Assembly (NCBI RefSeq): GCF_009914755.1
Contig: NC_060930.1
Direction: 5' to 3' (one strand)
DNA length: 64,000 bases
Source of the DNA: the human T2T-CHM13v2.0 reference genome, Homo sapiens
The position numbers and the translations under genes were made by a program. The notes beneath the pieces are model-generated. The model worked only from the letters and a program-made list of their open reading frames with translations, did not search any database and was not told the DNA's origin. The stretch's first letter is position 1; the number at the start of each line of letters is the position of its first letter. Positions 48,527 to 64,000 of the stretch are shown piece after piece.

Positions 48527-50640
48527 ACTACTTCAGTCACAGCAGTGAAACCCACCAGGCTCCTGACACCCATGGGAATTATCCTCATATCCCTGGCTGC
48601 AACCACAGTCACTGTTGTGCTCTTTGTTGGATTGGGCTTCATTGTGGTGAGTATTTGGTCTGGGAATATTCAGGGCATCAGGGGAACGAGGCCAACTGAG
48701 GATAAGCGGTGGGCATGGAGAGCTGAGGTACAGAGGCCCAAGAAATCGTCAGGCGTGAGGAAGCCTACATAGAGAGAGCTCTGCAAAGACTCCTGGAAAG
48801 ACAGAGGTGGAGAGAAAGGAAAAGAGCACCTGGCACAAAAGATGCAGAAAGCATTGGGGACAGAGGAAGCTGTGAGAGACAGGAAGGAGAGAAAGGGAAG
48901 AGAGGCTGAGAGTGAGAAACATAAGAACACAAACATGGTAAGACACAGCGGGAGTCAGGGCAAAGCATGAACCGTTAGGTACAGATGGATGTAAAAGAGG
49001 AAATTTTCCTAAGAAGACAAGGAACTGGGGACCAGAGGAGTGGATGAATTAGAAACATTCTGGGTGGTCCACTCATATCAGAAATTACATATTCTTGTGT
49101 TAATTACTACCTACTCTGAAGTTCTGAAGAAGATTTTTTTAAAACCAAAATTGAGTGGGTTTTTATGAGCCACCACTACCCTGCACCAAAGAGACAGTTT
49201 GTACCAGCTCTCAAAGAGGAGCTCTGGGTATTTTTCTGTCTCTGAGGGTCCCTGTTGTTTCTACAAGAGGAGACAAAAGAATTCCATGCCAGCCCTGCAT
49301 GTTTCATCTCACCAAACTCCCAGCTGGAATCATCCCAAAAGCAGCAGCAGGGAAATTCCCACAGGGAGTGGCCCAAACCCTCCAGAGATGGGGCCAATTG
49401 GGATTCCAAAGAAAGAAGCCCAGATGTCAGGGTGATCAATTCAAAGCATTTATTAGGGGAACTTACAGAGGACTGCAGCAATCCTCCCTGCCGACAGGGA
49501 GGGAAAAGGGATGTTCTGCCTAAGCATGTCTGTAGCAAGGGGGTCAGGGTATGGAGTTTATATGAGGGTTTAGGGAATTTGACTCAGGGCTGGAGCCAGT
49601 TTCTTTCAACGTTTTGGGCAACAACCTAGATACCTTTATTAGTGCCTGGGAGTGTTCAAGGCCCTGGTTTGAGTTCAAGCCTGCTGGGGAAAACCTGCAG
49701 CTGGCTGGGTCACAGAACGGTCAAGGCAATCTGTGATTTTTGGTCAGTCTGATCAGAAAGAAAAGGAGGTGATCTGGGGGACCCCACATTGTGGCTTCCT
49801 CTCGCTAACATTTGATCTAAAACCCAAGCCTCCTGCTTCTGGCCTGCTGCTTGAGGGGGAAGGGCTGGTCCTTTTTGGCCATCCTGACCTACGGATTAAG
49901 TGCATGTCGAAATTTTAACAAGTGGCGGCTTGCAGGATTAGCCAACTCGGGCAGGTCATTAAAGCCTCGTTAATTCTTGCGGTCATTGATGCCATTGTGC
50001 ACTGACCCCTGCTCCAAGATGCAAATCCACAGCTTTGGATCAGTTTGTAAGTGTGAGTAAAGCCGAAAGTAATGCATGATACAGATGAGGTGTTCACATT
50101 TAATTCTGCTAAAATGACACCATGAAACTAGAGCATTCTGAAGGATGCTGACAAGAGGAAAATGGAATGAAAGCGTCCATATGTACCTGACTCATGCATG
50201 AGTCATGTTCAGTATTCACCAGTAGAGGGAGGACCTTCTGGACTTCGCTGTTACCATAAACAATTGGATTTCTGATCATGTGGATCACCATGAAAAGTTG
50301 GACACTCTTGCTCTAGAACAAAAGATGCTTTCCTTCCTCCAAACCAGGCATTGGCCCAGAGAGGTCACTAGCATTAGCACCTTCTTAATTTCATGTAGAG
50401 ACTAAAAACAAGAGATGGCTCAAAAGGCTCAGGGTGTGGGAAGTAAGAGGAAAGTCTATGCTCCCAAACTTGCTAAATTTTTGACTTTTAAACCTTTAAC
50501 TCGAAAAGTTTTAAAAATAAGAACTATATTACCATTCCTCCCAAGTTTCATTTGTCAAAATGCTTTTTTCTTTAAACTTTAATGGTTTAAGTTTTTTTTA
50601 AGTTGTTTTAAAAAAAACAAAAAAGGTTTAAGTTTTTTTT

Positions 50641-57308
<6,668 letters not shown>

Positions 57309-58329
57309 TAGGATTCCTTTAGTAACTGTCTAGTATGGTGCTGGGAATTCTTTTGGGAACAGAGGCAGCCAACCAACAGAAGTGAATGACATAGTTCTTA
57401 CCCTCAAGGACAAGAAAACCAGCAATTACAGTGCAACATGCTAAGTGCTACAATAAAGGAATGCTTTCGGGCAGAGTCCAGAGAAGGGATCTCATTCAGC
57501 CTGTGCAGATCCTGGAAAGCTTCCCAAGGGATAGGGTAACTGACCGGAGACTTGTGACATATTTGTGGGGCACTTTGAGCTGCTGTCACATATGTGGATT
57601 CTTTTGATCTTCACATCACCTCTGTGAGGTAGGAGAACCATCCTGTCTTAGAAATGCAAAGACTGAAGTTCAGAGAAGTTAAATAAATTGTCCCCAAACC
57701 TCCTTAACGGTAAGTGGCAGGGAGGGGTGGGGGGTGAGGGAGTTAAACTCAGGTTTCCTGGCTCCAGGATTACTCACTTTTTATCTCATTTGGACTGAAT
57801 CTCAAGTGATGAACTGTTCTGGACTGTCTCTACAAAAATCACTCACAGGTATGAACACTTTTATCCTTCAGTCTTCTCTTCTTTAGGCTTGCAATGGCAG
57901 GCTCTCGGATCTTTCCTCCAATCTGTATTGGGTTTTGAGCCAAGCAAGAAAAACCAGACACAGTCCCTATTCTTGAGGAGCCCCCAGTCTGAAAACAAGT
58001 CGTGGATACACAGAAAAAACATTCTTGTGTGTGTGATGGATGGTAGGGAACGTGTCATCAATTGTGACATTTATGGCATTTATTTGCCTTTACTAGTGAG
58101 TTCTGCTTTTTAAGATGTTTGCGACTTCTCAGGCCTCACCCTCAAAAGAATTTGAAAATTGAACACAAGCAGAGATGTTTTGTTTTCAACTCAGGACCTC
58201 ACCCAGAGTTTTTTAGGCAGCAACCCTGAACCAAGTTGGCCTCGAGGTATTCGTGAGTTTCCATACCCAGAAGACTTTTTCAGCTTCTACCTTCTACCCA
58301 TGAAAGGAGGTGGCATGGATGTTTCCTTT

Positions 58330-60059
58330 TTCTTTTTCTTTTTTTTTTTTTTTAGTATTTATTGATCATTCTTGGGTGTTTCTCGGAGAGGGGGATTTGG
58401 CAGGGTCATAGGACAATAGTGGAGGGAAGGTCAGCAGATAAACAAGTGAACAAGGGTCTCTGGTTTTCCTAGGCAGAGGACCCCGCGGCCTTCCGCAGTG
58501 TTTGTGTCCCTGGGTACTTGAGATTAGGGAGTGGTGATGACTCTTAACGAGCATGCTGCCTTCAAGCATCTGTTTAACAAAGCACATGGTGCACCGCCCT
58601 TAATCCATTTAACCCTGAGTGGACACAGCACATGTTTCAGAGAGCACGGGGTTGGGGGTAAGGTTATAGATTAACAGCATCCCAAGGCAGAAGAATTTTT
58701 CTTAGTACAGAACAAAATGGAGTCTCCCCTGTCTACTTCCCTCTACACAGACACAGCAACAATCTGATTTCTCTATCTTTTCCCCACATTTCCCCCTTTC
58801 TATTCGACAAAACCGCCATCGTCATCATGGCCGGTTCTCAATGAGCTGTTGGGTTCACCTCCCAGACGGGGTGGCTGCCGGGCAGAGGGGCTCCTCACTT
58901 CCCAGTCGGGGCTGCCGGGCGGAGGTGCCCCTCACCTCCCGGACAGGGCGGCTGGCCGGGCGGGGGCTGCCCCCCCACCTCCCTCCCTGACGGGGCGGCT
59001 GCCGGGCGGAGATGCTCCTCACTTCCCAGACGGGGCGGCTGCCGGGCGGAGGGGCTCTTCACTTCTCAGACGGGGCGGCCGGGCAGAGACGCTCCTCACC
59101 TCCCAGACGGGGTCGCGGCTGGGCAGAGGCGCTCCTCACATCCCAGACGGGGCGGCGGGGCAGAGGCGCTCCCCACATCTCAGACGATGGGCGGCCCGGC
59201 AGAGATGCTCCTCACTTCCTAGATGGGATGGCGGCCGGGAAGAGGCGCACCTCACTTCCCAGACTGGGCGGCCAGGCAGAGGGGCTCCTCACATCCCAGA
59301 CAATGGGCGGCCAGGCAGAGACGCTCCTCACTTCCCAGACGGGGTGGCAGCCGGGCAGAGGCTGCAATCTCGGCACTTTGGGAGGCCAAGGCAGGCAGCT
59401 GGAAGGTGGAGGTTGTAGCCAGCCGAGATCACGCCACTGCACTCCAGCCTGGGCAACATTGAGCACTGAGTGATTGAGACTCCGTCTGCAATCCCAGCAC
59501 CTCGGGAGGCCGAGGCTGGCAGATCACTCGCGGTTAGGAGCTGGAGACCAGCCCGGCCAACACAGCGAAACCCCGTCTCCACCAAAAAAATACGAAAACC
59601 AATCAGGCGTGGCGGCGCGCGCCTGCAATCCTAGGCACTGGGCAGGCTGAGACAGGAGAATCAGGCAGGGAGGTTGCAGTGAGCTGAGATGGTGGCAGTA
59701 CAGTCCAGCTTCGGCTCGGCATCAGAGGGAGACCGTGGAGAGAGAGGGAGAGGGAGAGGGAGAGGGAGACAGTGGGGAAAGGGAGAGGGAGACCGTGGGG
59801 AGAGGGAGGGGGAGAGGGAGACCGCGGGGAGAGGGAGAGGGAGAGGGAGGGGGAGAGGGAGACCGTGGGGAGAGGGAGAGGGAGGGGGAGAGGGAGACCG
59901 TGGGGAGAGGGAGAGGGAGAGGGAGGAGAGGGAGAGGGAGGGGAGGGAGAGGGAGGAGAGGGAGGAGAGGGAGAGGGAGGAGAGGGAGAGGGAGGAGAGG
60001 GAGAGGGGGAGGGGGAGGAGAGGGAGGGGGAGGGGGAGGGAGAGGGAGAGGGAGGAGAC
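58330..60059 (-). mobile_element. Full-length SVA retrotransposon
   Basis: Poly-A tail, SINE-R, GC-rich VNTR, Alu-like region and (CCCTCT)n head in the expected order; 14-bp TSD tggatgtttccttt (58316-58329/60060-60073). Confidence 0.96.
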
Positions 60060-60773
60060 TGGATGTTTCCTTTGATCATCTATCACATCTTTGCAGAGGA
60101 CATATAAGCCTGTGCATGGCTATGAGAACACAGTGGAGAGCCATGTAAATAGCTTTTGCCTTCAAGGTGCCTGGCAGAAGCGAATGAATATTGCTGTCAT
60201 GTACATGCAAACGTTGTGAAATGCTTCAATGTTCCACATCTTCTTTGGAGACCTTTAAGAAATTCATGGAACTTTCAGCAGTGATATTTACCACCAACAA
60301 TGTAATCAAATGGGGCAGCAAGCAAAATGAGCTACTACTAATGCACCATGGAGCAGAGGAATTTTCTCTTGCGCTAACACCACAACAGACCCATTCTTTC
60401 ATTTGGATTAGTATTCACTACTTGTGCTTAGTTGCTTGCAGTGGATACCCAATTTGTGAAGTGAGCTGAGGTATAATGCAGTATTGTATACTGGAACACA
60501 GGGGCTGCAAAAGCAGAACTCACTAACAAAGTCAAATGCCATGAACGTCACAATTGATGAAAACTGGCCATTTGAAAAATCTAGATATGATAAAATTGTT
60601 AAATTGATGAGGATGAAGATTGGATTATAGTATATATTCAGCATGCAAAAACAGATAATCAGGGGAAATGCAGTGACAGTCAAAGCAACTATGGAAACAA
60701 TATCCATGGCAACAAATGGCCTGGTCGGAAGAGAGGCCCAAAGACTGCCTGTGTCTTCCTGATGAAATGTCTG

Positions 60774-60790
60774 GTAGCCCCCTAGTGGCA
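60774..60790 (-). promoter_or_regulatory. CTCF motif candidate
   Basis: Reverse complement tgCCACTAGGGGGCtac matches the CTCF core. Confidence 0.6.
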
Positions 60791-61162
60791 ATGACCGGGT
60801 AGTGGCCCTCTGCGAGATGGGCGCCTCTCTGGAGATTGAGCGCCACTTCTGAGGGCCTGGAGAAGTTGACTTGTTTTGCATCCCACGGGGTCACCCCCAC
60901 CTCCCCCTTTCCTTGCACTCACTGACATGAGACACAACGTATGTCCACAAACAACTGCTGCTCCTCATTGCATCTAAAGCTCCGTTGCCGGAAAACATAC
61001 CATTATTTCATGCAGCACTAAGAGGAAAACACAGCGGGTTAAACTATGACACGCCATTGATTGTAAGACGCATCCCTATTCAAGAGATGATAAATGGGAA
61101 AATAAATATATGTCTTACAACCTATAAAATATAAATGACTTTCGGCATTTATATTATATTAC

Positions 61163-63505
<2,343 letters not shown>

Positions 63506-63597
63506 AACTAATTAATAATAATAACTTATTCTTGAGACACATGCGATGCAAGACAAGTATTTATTGCTAGGATCTCCTCAGGTAAGCTGTGCAGTAA

Positions 63598-63885
63598 GTC
63601 TGTGCTGTCCTACATGGTAGCCATTAGCCACATGTAGCAACTGAGCACATGAAGTGTGGCTAGTCCAAATACAAATGTGCTCTTAAGTGCAAGACACACA
63701 TGAGATTTCAAAGACTTAGTACAAAAACAGTAAAATATCTCACTAATAATTTTTATGTTTATTACTTGTCAAAATCACAATATTTTGGATATGCTGTGTT
63801 AAATAAAATTTACTATTAGAATTAATTTCACCTGTTGTTTTTTACCTTTTTGATGTGACTACTAGAACTTTGTAAATTACACGGA
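63598..63885. mobile_element. MER33/MER3-like hAT-Charlie element
   Basis: gctgtcc..atggtagccattagccacatgt..actgagcac..gtggctagtccaaat...gtgactactagaa. Confidence 0.65.
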
Positions 63886-64000
63886 GCTCGCTTTCTGTGG
63901 ACATGTAGTCTCTCTCACAGAGAAATACATGTATATTTCTGCTGGACATGTAGTCTCTCTCACAGGTCATAAGGCACTGAGGTCACAGGCCATAGGTTGG

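Noticed and set aside
48524-48530. Programmed read-through or selenocysteine at the HCG22 TGA
   Set aside because: Context is TGA-ACT, not the TGA-CTAG read-through motif, and I could not recognise a SECIS; a nonsense mutation is simpler.
58849-60148. Gly/Arg/Glu-rich and Pro/Ser-rich ORFs
   Set aside because: Translations of the SVA VNTR and hexamer repeat.
63892-63965. Short direct repeat tttctg(c)tggacatgtagtctctctcacag x2
   Set aside because: Small local duplication at a MER element end; no functional signal and close to the window edge.

Overview
Human genomic DNA (primate Alu/SVA/LTR12 content) from the MHC class I mucin cluster at 6p21.33. It holds three + strand membrane-mucin-type loci in a repeat-dense background. 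(1) MUC22 (PBMUCL1) exons 2-4: a 4.6-kb 30-bp PTS VNTR exon, a transmembrane (TM) exon and a Gly/His-rich tail exon. The signal-peptide exon lies upstream of the window. (2) HCG22 (PBMUCL2), here carrying a 4-bp frameshifting duplication. Its downstream 'UTR' still encodes an intact TM helix and cytoplasmic-tail exon behind a single in-frame TGA. (3) A decayed MUC21-like mucin gene between them (about 34.9-37.9 kb), for which I recognise no annotation: an ATG-less signal-peptide exon, a 45-bp PTS repeat, a TM segment with a broken splice donor, and an RNSLxLRN tail exon. Mobile elements include two sense LTR12 solo LTRs in MUC22 intron 1, an AluYa5, a full-length SVA with a 14-bp target-site duplication (TSD), a THE1-type LTR upstream of HCG22, ERVL pol remnants, hAT and TcMar DNA transposons, L1/L2/MIR and many Alus. 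Gene identities and comparisons to MUC21/MUC22 sequence outside the window rely on recall, not a search. Boundaries of old repeats are approximate.
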